Below are positions 52,548 to 62,699 of a stretch of 64,000 nucleotides of DNA, in pieces. The position numbers and the translations under genes were made by a program. This DNA is from Candidatus Heimdallarchaeota archaeon (GTDB lineage Archaea > Asgardarchaeota > Heimdallarchaeia > Heimdallarchaeales > Heimdallarchaeaceae), in NCBI GenBank assembly GCA_019057815.1, contig JAHLWR010000005.1, positions 130,829 to 194,828 on the forward strand. Direction: 5' to 3'. Below the pieces are notes generated by a model, which was not told where the DNA came from, searched no databases, and saw nothing but the letters and a program-made list of their open reading frames with translations. Positions within the stretch are counted from its first letter, which is position 1, and each line of letters starts with the position of its first letter.

Positions 52548-52973
52548 ATGCCATCGAATCCGAATCGTGAATTTCTATTAGAGTTGAGCACCTTAGTAAA
52601 TAAGCGTGTCAAAATACTGTTAAGCAGTGACAAAATATACACTGGTGTTTTGAGAGGTATTCAAGATACTTCATTTAACGTAGCTTTATCTGAAGCAGAG
52701 AGCGCAGGAATAAACTATTTTAGAGTTTTTATAACTGGTTCCAACATTGTTGAAATTACCCTTGCAGAAGAGCCATTTAACTTATCAGGACTAGCAAGCG
52801 AACTAGCATCTATGTTCCAACCCCAAAATATCAAAATCTTGGAAGAAGCTGGGATTATACAAGTTTTTGACAGATTTACTGTCAGTGAAGAAGGAGTAAA
52901 AGGGACTGGACCTATAGCTGAGAGAATACAGAAAATTTTCGACAAATACAAAGCTCAAGCAGAATCGGAGTAA
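52548..52973 (+). CDS. Lsm/Sm-like protein with C-terminal extension (SmAP3-like)
   Basis: LVNKRVKILL..KIYTGVLRG...FNVALSEA...FITGSNIVEI; start at ATG 52548. Confidence 0.85.
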   Translation: MPSNPNREFLLELSTLVNKRVKILLSSDKIYTGVLRGIQDTSFNVALSEAESAGINYFRVFITGSNIVEITLAEEPFNLSGLASELASMFQPQNIKILEEAGIIQVFDRFTVSEEGVKGTGPIAERIQKIFDKYKAQAESE

Positions 52974-53010
52974 GGTCCGTGAACCTGCGCTCCCTTTTTA
53001 TTGTTTTTAG

Positions 53011-54609
53011 GTGTTACTGTTGGAAGAAATAATTAATTCGGATTTACACAGTCGAATAGGTTCTTTTTCACTTCCCCACGGGAAAGTAACAACACCTACA
53101 TTACTACCTGTTATTGATCCTAAAGAAAACATTATTACTGCAGAAGAAATGCTCAGCAAATTCGGATTCAATTTTGTAATTACAAGTGCTTATCTTTACT
53201 ACAAAAGGTATGGAATGCCAAGCAAAACGAAAACAATACACGAAACTTTGATGTTTCAAGGGAATATAATGATGGACAGTGGAGCATACCAAATTTTGGC
53301 ATATGGAGATGTTGACATAGATCCATTACAATCTTTAGACATTCAATCGAATCTAAGTCCTGATGTAGGAGTGATTTTGGATGTCCCAATCCCGCCAACA
53401 GACACTTATGAAAGTGCCCAACTTAAAATCTATGAAACAATCAAAAGAATAAAATTGTCTGTTGAAAAAATTAAAAATCATCCTGAAATCATTTGGACAG
53501 CGCCAATTCAAGGAGGAAAGAACACTTCTTTAATAAGAGAGTTTATACAAAAACTCAATAAAAAAGACCTCCTAAAACACTTCAATTTTTACGCACTTGG
53601 TAGCGTTGCTCCAATTATGTCCCAGTATGACTATCAATCACTCTTTTCTATGATATATGAAGCAAGGAAATTATTAACCCACAGTATACCTCTACATCTC
53701 TTTGGAGCCGGTCATCCAATGATTTTCCCTTTTATTGTTGCTTTAGGTTGCGACACATTCGATAGCGCGGCTTATATCTTGTTCGCTAAAGAGAATCGTT
53801 ATATGGGAGCTACAAGAACATACCAATTAGCCAATCTAACTGAATTCCCTTGCAGTTGTGAAATATGTTCTAAATGGTCACCAAAAGAATTGATTCAAAC
53901 CGAAAACAGAATCAGGATTCGTAATTTAGCTCTTCATAATTTATATGTATCAGTTGCGGAAATCAAACAAATTCGTGTTGCAATAAGAGAAGGAAGATTA
54001 TGGGAATTATTAGAGCAGAAAGCGCTTTCACATCCACTACTATATCGTGCTTATAAGCACATTTTAAAGATTGTAGATAGCAAATACTGGGAATTTGGAA
54101 CACCTATAACAAAATCAGTAGGTTTGAAGATATTCAATGCGGACTCTTTTCATAGACCAGAATTTACAAGGATAAGAGGTAGAATTCTGAGAAACTACCA
54201 AGCACAGCAAAAAAAATTGCTTATTTTAATTTCATCAGGTAAAACAAACCCAATTGAAATGCTCATTCATCGAAGAGATGTTTATGAACAAATAGAAAAA
54301 GCTATCAATCATTATGATATAGCTATGTTTCTCCCATTTATTGGTCTTATTCCCGTAGAATTAGTTGAAACTTACCCCTTTTCACAATCAGTCTTTTCTT
54401 CGCTTTTGTCAGAAGAGATAATTGAAAAAGCCATTTCAGAAGCATTGAAATTCTTGAAAGCAAAGAAATATGAAGAATTTATAGTTTTCAACATTGATAA
54501 AGAAGAAGTTCCTGATAACATATTAACTAGGATAGAAATAGCAATTAAAAATGGTGTACAAAAAGTCAAGAAGTTAGAGAGAATTGAAGATTTAAAGACA
54601 ATAGAGTAG
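53011..54609 (+). CDS. tgtA: Archaeosine tRNA-guanine(15) transglycosylase
   Basis: TPTLLPVI, MMDSGAYQ, PIQGG, HLFGAGHPM, GCDTFDSA, CSCEIC, LALHNL. Confidence 0.95.
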   Translation: MLLLEEIINSDLHSRIGSFSLPHGKVTTPTLLPVIDPKENIITAEEMLSKFGFNFVITSAYLYYKRYGMPSKTKTIHETLMFQGNIMMDSGAYQILAYGDVDIDPLQSLDIQSNLSPDVGVILDVPIPPTDTYESAQLKIYETIKRIKLSVEKIKNHPEIIWTAPIQGGKNTSLIREFIQKLNKKDLLKHFNFYALGSVAPIMSQYDYQSLFSMIYEARKLLTHSIPLHLFGAGHPMIFPFIVALGCDTFDSAAYILFAKENRYMGATRTYQLANLTEFPCSCEICSKWSPKELIQTENRIRIRNLALHNLYVSVAEIKQIRVAIREGRLWELLEQKALSHPLLYRAYKHILKIVDSKYWEFGTPITKSVGLKIFNADSFHRPEFTRIRGRILRNYQAQQKKLLILISSGKTNPIEMLIHRRDVYEQIEKAINHYDIAMFLPFIGLIPVELVETYPFSQSVFSSLLSEEIIEKAISEALKFLKAKKYEEFIVFNIDKEEVPDNILTRIEIAIKNGVQKVKKLERIEDLKTIE

Positions 54610-54680
54610 TTGATGGAAATCAGGGACGACGCAATTTTTTATTAGTGATTTTTTATACTCTATTTAGATTAGTATATTAG

Positions 54681-55610
54681 GTGAAGAACGAAATGAATGA
54701 ATCCAATTCTTTGTTAATTCTAGGAAAACCTATTAGTTTCTTTACAGGAGAAATCATATCAATTGGAATATATCAATGGGGAATTGTTGGAAAAATAAGG
54801 GTAGATGAGAAAGAGTACAAATATAAGTTGAAGGATCCTGAATTGAAGAAGCAAATGGAAATAGGTATGGACTTAATAGTCAGAAATGGTTTTTGTATTA
54901 AAGGAGAACAAGAAGAGGCTGTAGTAACAGAGGGAAAGTTTGGAGAAGTAGAGTTTGATATAAACCTTAATCGCTATTATTCTCAAAAAGAACTTGTGGA
55001 AGGAGGAAGGATAATAACAGGGATGTTGAGAGAAATACAAAGTGATGTAAATGAAATAACAATAACCATCGATTCAATAGGTGAGTTAAGTGAATCTATT
55101 GATATATTTGGTCCAAATGATGCATTAAATCCACAAGAATTGCACCCAGGAAGCATAATTAGAGTAAAAAATGTGAATAGTGTTAATAAAATACAATCAA
55201 TCGATTCCATAGAGGTTCTACATAAAGAGCACTTTTGGTATAAATTTTTAATGATTCGTGATGGAAATCTAAAAGAGATTTCAACTTTCTTATATTTGTT
55301 TCAAAAAAAATCAAACCTTATAAATCAACATTATGAAACATTCAAGCAATTGTTGTTCAATTTTGGAAGTGAGATTTTAAAATCATCATTGGTCTTCCTC
55401 AAAGAGGTTTTACATGAAAAAGTATTTGCCAACAAAAATTACCCTGCTCAAGTTTTAATTTCCAGTGAGCAAATAGATCAATATTTCGAAGGTTTGTTTC
55501 TTTTCATTAAGAAAAAGCTTGAGAAGAGTGAAATGTTCAATGAACTGGATGATTTTATTATATTCTTAAAGTATGTTTATCCTCCAATTAAAATGAAATC
55601 GTATATTTAA
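54681..55610 (+). CDS. Hypothetical protein with OB-fold-like N-terminal region
   Basis: LIVRNGF.IKG...VTEGKFGEV resembles RPA-type OB folds. Confidence 0.55.
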   Translation: MKNEMNESNSLLILGKPISFFTGEIISIGIYQWGIVGKIRVDEKEYKYKLKDPELKKQMEIGMDLIVRNGFCIKGEQEEAVVTEGKFGEVEFDINLNRYYSQKELVEGGRIITGMLREIQSDVNEITITIDSIGELSESIDIFGPNDALNPQELHPGSIIRVKNVNSVNKIQSIDSIEVLHKEHFWYKFLMIRDGNLKEISTFLYLFQKKSNLINQHYETFKQLLFNFGSEILKSSLVFLKEVLHEKVFANKNYPAQVLISSEQIDQYFEGLFLFIKKKLEKSEMFNELDDFIIFLKYVYPPIKMKSYI

Positions 55611-55679
55611 TTGCAAACATAACAGCATATTAATTTCTTGAAAAATAAACGGAGAGAATTGTTACAAAAAGAGAATAAA

Positions 55680-55994
55680 TTATTTTCTCTCAATGGCAAT
55701 TTCAATATGGACATCTTCAGGAACGTGAATACGCATTAATAATCGCATGCTTTTCTCTTCCGCATCCATATCTATAATTCTTTTATGCAGTTTCATCTCT
55801 AAATGATCATAGGTTGCTGTGCCGTTGCCACAGGGTGACTTTCTAACAGGTAAAACTATACGCTTTGAGGGGAGTGGAATAGGTCCTCTAATTCGTAGTC
55901 CTGTTCTTTCAGCTATCTTTTGGATTTGGTTGCAGATTTTTTGTAAAGATTGAGGATCGTTACCAATTAACCGGATCCTAGCTCGTTGACTCAA
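55680..55994 (-). CDS. rpsJ: 30S ribosomal protein S10 (uS10)
   Basis: RARIRL...GPIPLP...RKSPCGNGT...MKLHKRIID; TTG start after GGTGA. Confidence 0.97.
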   Translation of the reverse strand: MSQRARIRLIGNDPQSLQKICNQIQKIAERTGLRIRGPIPLPSKRIVLPVRKSPCGNGTATYDHLEMKLHKRIIDMDAEEKSMRLLMRIHVPEDVHIEIAIERK

Positions 55995-56100
55995 TAAATC
56001 ACCTTTTGATAGTAGAATTCTGGAGTGTTTTAAGAATATTTCGTTACTAGATTATTTAGAAGAGTAAAAAATAGTTAGAAGGATGTAAAGGATAATTTAA

Positions 56101-56487
56101 TTATTCACGATGTTCAAGGATAAATTCAATTCGCTTTATTCTTTCTTCGAGCATTTTAATTCGTTCAAGTACATCCTCCATTGAATTATCTATGGCTGAA
56201 ACATTGGTTAGAGTAGTTTGTGTTTCAGTAGCGGAGACATCTCGAAACAAAATTTGAGCTTGTGTGGTTATGTCTCTTGTTATTTGATCTACCATAAAAT
56301 CGTTAAGATACATATTTACCTCTGAAAGGACAGCTTTTATATTATCTCTCATTCCCCTTTCACTAACCTCCTTGACCACTGCTTCCCCCTCAACAACATC
56401 ATCAAGTTTAATTTGAATCATCCATTGGCCCTTTACATTTGTCAAAGCACACACATACCTAGTTCCTGGAATCTTTGCTTCATACAT
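56101..56487 (-). CDS. Hypothetical protein with C-terminal coiled coil
   Basis: GAGG SD-like sequence; LERIKMLEERIKRIE. Confidence 0.7.
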   Translation of the reverse strand: MYEAKIPGTRYVCALTNVKGQWMIQIKLDDVVEGEAVVKEVSERGMRDNIKAVLSEVNMYLNDFMVDQITRDITTQAQILFRDVSATETQTTLTNVSAIDNSMEDVLERIKMLEERIKRIEFILEHRE

Positions 56488-56695
56488 GGTTTTAACCTCA
56501 TAAGTGATTGATTAACTAAGTTATTGAAATTTATAGTCTTGGTATATTTTCACTATCTGTCTAAACAACTTTGAATATAGTATCATTTTTTAAATTTAAA
56601 ACATTAACGGATTGGCAAAGATGTATTTTCATTTAATTAATGAGAAATTTGTTGTAGATAAATCTTTAAACTAACAAACATACCCAAACATAATA

Positions 56696-58696
56696 ATGAG
56701 TCATTATACCAGAGAAATACTTCTAGCAATGACTAATAAACAGAATATTAGAAATATCAGTATCATAAGTCATGTAGACCACGGAAAAACAACCCTATCC
56801 GATCACTTACTCCAAGCAGGGGGGTTAATTTCCCGAATAATGGCAGGAAGTGCAAGAGTTCTAGACTACTTAGATGAAGAACAAAAGAGAGGTATAACAA
56901 TTAAAACAGCTAATATATCCTTCATCTATAAACTCAATGGGGGGTCATTTCTAGTTAATTTAGTAGATACACCAGGTCATGTAGATTTTTCTGGTATGGT
57001 ATCCCAAGCTTTACGCTTAGTTGATGGAGTAATTATTGTAATAGATGCCGTGGAACAAGTTATGGCACAAACAGAGACAGTAATTAGACAAGCAATGAAA
57101 GAAGGATTAAAACCCTTATTATTTATTAACAAAATAGACAGACTGATTAATGAACTAAAATTAACAAAAAAAGATATCAAAATTCGCATTAGTAACATCA
57201 TACAAATGACTAACGACCTAATTAACCAGTATGCTCCAAGTCAATTCAGAAAAGAATGGAAAGTAAGGGTTGATGTTGGTACAGTTATTATAGGATCTGC
57301 CCTTCATGGATGGGGTATTTCAAAATATTCAGAGAATGAACCGAAATTTGAAGAGATTATTGATTTTTACTCAGAAAAACAAATAGAAGAAATAAGAGAG
57401 AACTACCCTCTCATTGAAGCTATTCTGCCGAGTGTAATAAAAAATATTTCAAACCCTGTTGACTCTCAGGTTAATCGTATGAGATTAATTACAAAAGAAT
57501 TGGATAAAGATGCTGAAAATTATCTAAGTAAGTGTGATGATAATGAAAAAGCAGTTCTTTGTATAGGTAAATTGATGTATGATGACAATAGAGGAATAAT
57601 TTCGATAATGAGGGTTTTTTCAGGAAAAGTTAAATCAGGAACACTTGTAAAAAATGTAAGAACGGGAGAGATTTGTAAGGTTCATCAAGTATGTATATAC
57701 AAAGGTCAATCCTTAGTAACGATAGATTCAGTAACAGCTGGAAATATAGCTGCAATCATTGGAATAAAAGATGGAATCATTGGAGATACCTTTATAGAAA
57801 CAAAAGGGCACATTCCAAAGTTATTGTTTTCACCAATATCTTATATTCAAGAGCCTGTAATCTCAAGAAGAGTTGAACCACGAAAAATAGCTGATATACC
57901 AAAATTACAGAAAAATCTAGAAATCTTAACCTTAATTAAACCAAATTTTAGTTATAGTTATGATCAAAATACAGGTGAGATAAAGATTTATGGCATTGGA
58001 GAGCTACAACTTGAAATAATTACAGGAGAAATAGAAGAACTAGGAATAAAAGTTGAGGTATCTGAGCCCGAAGTTTCGCTTGTTGAACAAATAGAAAAAG
58101 AAGAGAGTATCACAAAAATTGACACATTAGAACTTGTGGAAATTTCAGTGACGTGTAAACCAACGGAATCAGAGTTAAAATCAGAAATAACTTACAAAGA
58201 TTCGAGAAATAATATTTTAATTGTTGAAATTGAAGAAATAAACCAAGGTATTGAGGAAATATTAATTATAGGGTTTAAAAATGCCATATTAAAAGGACCA
58301 GTGAATAATAAGCCAATACGAAATATAACAGTAATTATCAGTGATATCAAAGAATTAGAAAAAAACGCTTTAAGATACGAAATTCTTGTTCCGTTAGTGA
58401 AAACAACAATTTACGAAACAATTCAAAAAGCGGATATTGGTGTTTATGAACCAATTTATAGTTTTACCATAACAACACCCATGCATTATTTAGGACAAGT
58501 ACTCAAAGTAACACAAAAATTTGATTGTGAAATAAAAAATACGCAACATTTGGCAACAAGAACAATAATAGAAGGTAAAATAAGTGTGGAATCCTCTCTG
58601 AGAATTGCAACAGAACTTCGTTCTGCTTCGGAAGGATATGCGTTTTGGCAGTTCCAACTTAAAGGATATGAAAGAAAGAAAAATAGCTTTTTATAA
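56696..58696 (+). CDS. Elongation factor 2 paralog (aEF-2p-like) lacking the diphthamide HRG motif
   Basis: HVDHGKTT, RGITI, DTPGHVDF, NKID, GELQLE, LRSASEG; domain IV loop reads ELEKNALRYE instead of ...IHRGPAQ. Confidence 0.85.
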   Translation: MSHYTREILLAMTNKQNIRNISIISHVDHGKTTLSDHLLQAGGLISRIMAGSARVLDYLDEEQKRGITIKTANISFIYKLNGGSFLVNLVDTPGHVDFSGMVSQALRLVDGVIIVIDAVEQVMAQTETVIRQAMKEGLKPLLFINKIDRLINELKLTKKDIKIRISNIIQMTNDLINQYAPSQFRKEWKVRVDVGTVIIGSALHGWGISKYSENEPKFEEIIDFYSEKQIEEIRENYPLIEAILPSVIKNISNPVDSQVNRMRLITKELDKDAENYLSKCDDNEKAVLCIGKLMYDDNRGIISIMRVFSGKVKSGTLVKNVRTGEICKVHQVCIYKGQSLVTIDSVTAGNIAAIIGIKDGIIGDTFIETKGHIPKLLFSPISYIQEPVISRRVEPRKIADIPKLQKNLEILTLIKPNFSYSYDQNTGEIKIYGIGELQLEIITGEIEELGIKVEVSEPEVSLVEQIEKEESITKIDTLELVEISVTCKPTESELKSEITYKDSRNNILIVEIEEINQGIEEILIIGFKNAILKGPVNNKPIRNITVIISDIKELEKNALRYEILVPLVKTTIYETIQKADIGVYEPIYSFTITTPMHYLGQVLKVTQKFDCEIKNTQHLATRTIIEGKISVESSLRIATELRSASEGYAFWQFQLKGYERKKNSFL

Positions 58697-58789
58697 TTGA
58701 AAATGGCTCAGAACTCAAGATCCTCAACATTAAATTCAGTAAAGGGCTAGATTCTTCATTGCCATTATACTCCCCTCTTGCCAGTATTT

Positions 58790-60103
58790 TTACTTTCCCA
58801 TTTCTGAAAGAATACGTTGTGAAATAGAAGAACATTTATCAAGAATTTTGTGTTTATCAAGTGTTTGATGTTTCTTATTGAAGTAGACAAACTTGCCATT
58901 GACTATTAAATCACTAGTGTCAGAGCTAGATGATGAATAGATAATATTGGACAAAGGGTTATTTTGAGGCCAGGAATGGCTATTTTCAAGTGAAAGTATA
59001 GTAATATCAGCTGGAGAGCCTTCTGATAACCCAAATGTGTCAACACCCAATGCTCTCATACCACTGATAGTACCAAGTGATAGTGTATAGGCATTATTCA
59101 TTACCGTAGGATCATTAGCTAGATATTTCTGTAGAACAGCTGCAATATTCATCTCTTCGAGTATACCAAGATCATTATTTGAAGCACTACCATCCGTTCC
59201 AAGAGCAATTTTAACCCCCATTTTTGCATATTTGTGAATTGGTGCTATTCCGCTAGCTATTTTAAGGTTTGACTGAGGGTTATGCAAAACAGTAAAATCG
59301 GTAGTCTGCATTATCTTACAATCTTTTTCATTTGTATGGACGCAATGAGCACCTAAAATTTTCAAATCGGTTAGGCCAATTTTGTGGATATATTCAATTG
59401 GGGAAAGATCATATTTTATTAGTGATTCCGTTACCTCTTGCTGGGTTTCTGAAAGGTGAATATGAATGGGTAAAGAATGTCTGGAAGCAAAATCAATAAT
59501 ATCCAAAAGATACTCCTTAGGAACAGTATAGGGTGCATGTGGTCCAATACCATATTTTATCAAACCGTTTTTAGAATTTCTCTTGCTCAAAAGAAACTTC
59601 TGAACAGATTTCCAGGTTTTATCTAAATCTCCTGATTCAGGAGTATTATCAAAAACTGAAGGACAGATAAGAGCACGGATTCCAGCCTCTTCCACAGCAG
59701 TCTCAATACTGGAAGCATAAAAATATTGATCAATGAAACCACTTATACCAGATTCAATAAGTTCAAGGCAACCAAGTAAAGCGCCAAAATAGGCGTCATT
59801 TTTTGATAGTCTTGCTTCAAAAGGCCAAATGAAATCATAAAGCCAGTTTTTCAATTTTTGATCATCACAAATACCTCTTAACAATGTTTCAGGAAGGTGA
59901 GTATGTGAATTTACCAGTGAGGGGATTGCTACATGTTGTAATCTGTCAATTTGATCATGTCCAGAAAGAAAAATTTTTACTTTTTCATATTTACCAACGG
60001 CAATGATTTTGTTATCCTCAATCAGTATAGAACCATCTTTTATGATCTTGTTACACTTCTCACCAGATATAATATATTTGCATCGCAGAAAGATTTCATT
60101 CAT
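58790..60103 (-). CDS. mtaD: Amidohydrolase, MTA/SAH deaminase-like
   Basis: NSHTH, GPHAPYT, HIHLSET, AHCVH, HNPQSNLKIASG, GTDGSASNN. Confidence 0.85.
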   Translation of the reverse strand: MNEIFLRCKYIISGEKCNKIIKDGSILIEDNKIIAVGKYEKVKIFLSGHDQIDRLQHVAIPSLVNSHTHLPETLLRGICDDQKLKNWLYDFIWPFEARLSKNDAYFGALLGCLELIESGISGFIDQYFYASSIETAVEEAGIRALICPSVFDNTPESGDLDKTWKSVQKFLLSKRNSKNGLIKYGIGPHAPYTVPKEYLLDIIDFASRHSLPIHIHLSETQQEVTESLIKYDLSPIEYIHKIGLTDLKILGAHCVHTNEKDCKIMQTTDFTVLHNPQSNLKIASGIAPIHKYAKMGVKIALGTDGSASNNDLGILEEMNIAAVLQKYLANDPTVMNNAYTLSLGTISGMRALGVDTFGLSEGSPADITILSLENSHSWPQNNPLSNIIYSSSSSDTSDLIVNGKFVYFNKKHQTLDKHKILDKCSSISQRILSEMGK

Positions 60104-60187
60104 TAAAGTTAGTTAAGAAAAGATAAAGAAAAAGTTTTCTTAGATATTAGAGTAAGAAAAAAAAGTGTCTTGATAATTGAACGAAAT

Positions 60188-61408
60188 TCACATTTCATGT
60201 TCAAAAACCTTCGAAAGTCTAAAATCATTCTCCAAAACTTCTTTGACTTGACCAAGAGATACTGTTAGGTGAATACGCTTTGAGCGACCATATCTTCCTT
60301 TGCTTATAATTTGAGCTGTAACAATACCCAACATATCAAGTTCATTTATTAAATCACTAACACGTCGCGCTGTCAACTGATCTAGTCTAACAATTTTACA
60401 GAGATTAGAATAAATTTCATAAACATCTCCAGTCGTTATTTCATTTGGGTTTCCTTCTCCAATGAAAATTGCTTGTAGAACAGCTTTAGTTTGTATAGGT
60501 AAGGTACTCAGTACTTCAACAACAGTGTTCCTCTCTATTACTTGTTGAGCTTTACGGACATGTACCTCTGTAACTTTAGGATCATTATTCCTGTCAGCGA
60601 GCTCAGCAGCCACACGTAGTAAATCTAAAGATCTTCGCGCATCACCATGTTGTTGAGCACCTATTGCGGAACATAAATTAATAACACCATATTCAAGAAC
60701 ATCAGATTGGAAAGCTTCATCAGTCCTTTGAGAAAGTATGTCCCTTAGCTGTTCAGCAGTATAAGGTGAAAAAACGATTTCTTCTTCACTTAAACTACTA
60801 CGAATACGTGGATCCAAAGTTTCCTTAAAATTAACATCGTTTGTTATACCGATTATACTAATTTTTGACTTCTTCAAGTCACTATTCATGCGAGTAAGAA
60901 TATATAGTGATTCTGTGTTCTTACGATATAACATGTCAATTTCATCAAGAACAGTTATATGGAGTGTTTCCATCGAATCTAAGGCTTCTTTAAATTTCTG
61001 ATAAATAATATCAAAATGCAAACCAGTAAAAGGGACGTCAATACCTATATCTTCACATAATTGAGCAAATAACCTATACTTGGTGTCAACATGTTGACAA
61101 TTCATATAACTATATTTGAATGGAAGACCTCTTGATTCAGCTTTCTTTTTCAAGATGGATAGAACATATTTACTAACAGCAGTTTTACCCGTTCCTGTTG
61201 TACCGTAGATAAATATATTTGAAGGAACACCACCTCGAAGTGCAGGTCCTAAAATTTTAGCCATTTCCTCAAATTTATCATCTCGATGAGGTAAAATGTC
61301 AGGAACATGATGGGGGCTTAAAACTTCACGTTTAGCAAAGATTCGAGTTTCATCATCTAGATATTTGTCAAAAATATCATCAATATGAGACCCAGATTTT
61401 TTTTCCAT
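60188..61408 (-). CDS. cdc6: Orc1/Cdc6 replication initiator
   Basis: LPHR, GTTGTGKT, VLDEID, GDARRSLDLLR, ELDMLGI..SKGRYGR. Confidence 0.96.
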   Translation of the reverse strand: MEKKSGSHIDDIFDKYLDDETRIFAKREVLSPHHVPDILPHRDDKFEEMAKILGPALRGGVPSNIFIYGTTGTGKTAVSKYVLSILKKKAESRGLPFKYSYMNCQHVDTKYRLFAQLCEDIGIDVPFTGLHFDIIYQKFKEALDSMETLHITVLDEIDMLYRKNTESLYILTRMNSDLKKSKISIIGITNDVNFKETLDPRIRSSLSEEEIVFSPYTAEQLRDILSQRTDEAFQSDVLEYGVINLCSAIGAQQHGDARRSLDLLRVAAELADRNNDPKVTEVHVRKAQQVIERNTVVEVLSTLPIQTKAVLQAIFIGEGNPNEITTGDVYEIYSNLCKIVRLDQLTARRVSDLINELDMLGIVTAQIISKGRYGRSKRIHLTVSLGQVKEVLENDFRLSKVFEHEM

Positions 61409-61530
61409 TTTCTTTCATCACATCTTTAACTCTAAAAGGATATTTTCAATGCAAGTTTAACTTTATCTATTAGTGATGATTCAGATGAATAAATATTTTA
61501 CGAATGTATTTTGACTTCACTTGATTAATA

Positions 61531-61845
61531 TCAACAGAGCTTGAATACAACTTTTGGTCGACCTCTAGTGCTACGAGGGATAGATTCCTTTTTTATACGA
61601 CCTTCCAAGATCAGTTTAGCTAAATTATCGTAAAGAGTTGAACGTGGTATCTGAGTAAGAGAAACTAGCTCCCCACGGGTTAATGGACCATTTTCAGCAA
61701 TAAGATTAAGTAAAAGATTTTCCAATCTTATTGCTTTATCTTTTTCATCAGAATAGACGTAAACTCTACGGCTACTAACGACAACACCTTGAATATCTGT
61801 CTTACTTTTCATCTTTCGTTTAAGTAATTGCTTATTTTGACTCAT
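61531..61845 (-). CDS. Winged-helix (TrmB-like) DNA-binding protein
   Basis: GPLTRGELVSLTQIPRSTLYDNLAKL...RGRPKVVF. Confidence 0.8.
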   Translation of the reverse strand: MSQNKQLLKRKMKSKTDIQGVVVSSRRVYVYSDEKDKAIRLENLLLNLIAENGPLTRGELVSLTQIPRSTLYDNLAKLILEGRIKKESIPRSTRGRPKVVFKLC

Positions 61846-61964
61846 AATATCACGTCTACTTACTAGCGACTAGGGGATTATTGTCGAATAAATAAATCGA
61901 TATAATCCACAGAATATCTACGGAATATCCATAGTTTATATTAGATATCGGTATAAATAGTAGG

Positions 61965-62312
61965 ATGATTATAGGAATGGAAAGGATAAAAATATTAAAA
62001 AAAGAAATCATAGAAACAATCAAATCAATAGAGAGGGAGATTCAAGAGTTAACATGGAGGGATCCTATTTTCGGTTTTATAACAAAAAAGTATACAAAAT
62101 GTGGGAAAGAAAACTGTAAATGCGCTAAGAGTATAAAATATCAACATGGACCATATTATTATCTGAGAGAGGAGCCTGAATATAAGTATGTGAAATATCT
62201 TGGAAAAAAAGTTCCAGAAACAATTAGGGGTAGAATAGAAATAGGGGTAAGAATCAGAGAATTAGAGAATAAACATAAAAAATTACATCAATCAATTAAA
62301 AAACTTAGCTAG
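61965..62312 (+). CDS. DUF6788-like Zn-binding protein (mobile-element associated)
   Basis: KCGKENCKC.....HGPYYYL......KYLGK. Confidence 0.65.
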   Translation: MIIGMERIKILKKEIIETIKSIEREIQELTWRDPIFGFITKKYTKCGKENCKCAKSIKYQHGPYYYLREEPEYKYVKYLGKKVPETIRGRIEIGVRIRELENKHKKLHQSIKKLS

Positions 62313-62351
62313 ACAATAGTTGTTGAAAATATATTATAATTTTAACAAGGT

Positions 62352-62378
62352 ATAACTCCGCCAATTTGGCTGTTTTAG
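62352..62378 (+). pseudogene. Truncated 3' remnant of a micro-peptide (ITPPIWLF*)
   Basis: ataactccgccaatttgg is nearly identical to copy 3 (ataactccgccagtttgg); sits at the unit-1 position relative to the spacer; in-frame stop just upstream. Confidence 0.65.
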
Positions 62379-62426
62379 CCATTGAGAGAGAGTTTTTCTT
62401 TTTCCTTTTCTTTTTCAAACCATTGT

Positions 62427-62562
62427 CTAATAATGTGTCTAAAATGTAATAAATTTAGAAATATATGACAAAAAACTATAATTTTCTGTGTGTCACTTTT
62501 TTTCTGTTGTTTTGTTATAACTTTAGCTCATAATTAGAGTACTAATTCAAAAGTGATGCATA
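62427..62562 (+). repeat. Spacer plus conserved upstream block of peptide unit 3
   Basis: Highly similar to 50113..50247. Confidence 0.85.
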
Positions 62563-62622
62563 ATGTACGACCCTAGCGAACCAGGAGATGAACATATAAC
62601 TCCGCCAGTTTGGTGGCCTTAA
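62563..62622 (+). CDS. Micro-peptide 3: MYDPSEPGDEHITPPVWWP
   Basis: Same motif with synonymous codons (CCA GGA vs CCC GGC); GTGAT SD-like sequence; downstream T-tract. Confidence 0.8.
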   Translation: MYDPSEPGDEHITPPVWWP

Positions 62623-62699
62623 TTGGTCACTATTTATTTTTTTATATCGATATTATCCCTCTTTATAAATCAATTGTCGTATAGTAATATGAACAAAAA

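Noticed and set aside
61409-61964. Replication origin (ORB boxes) beside cdc6
   Set aside because: No recognisable TTCCAGTGGAAAC-type ORB or G-string; only short aatatc(c/t)a repeats at ~61905-61934
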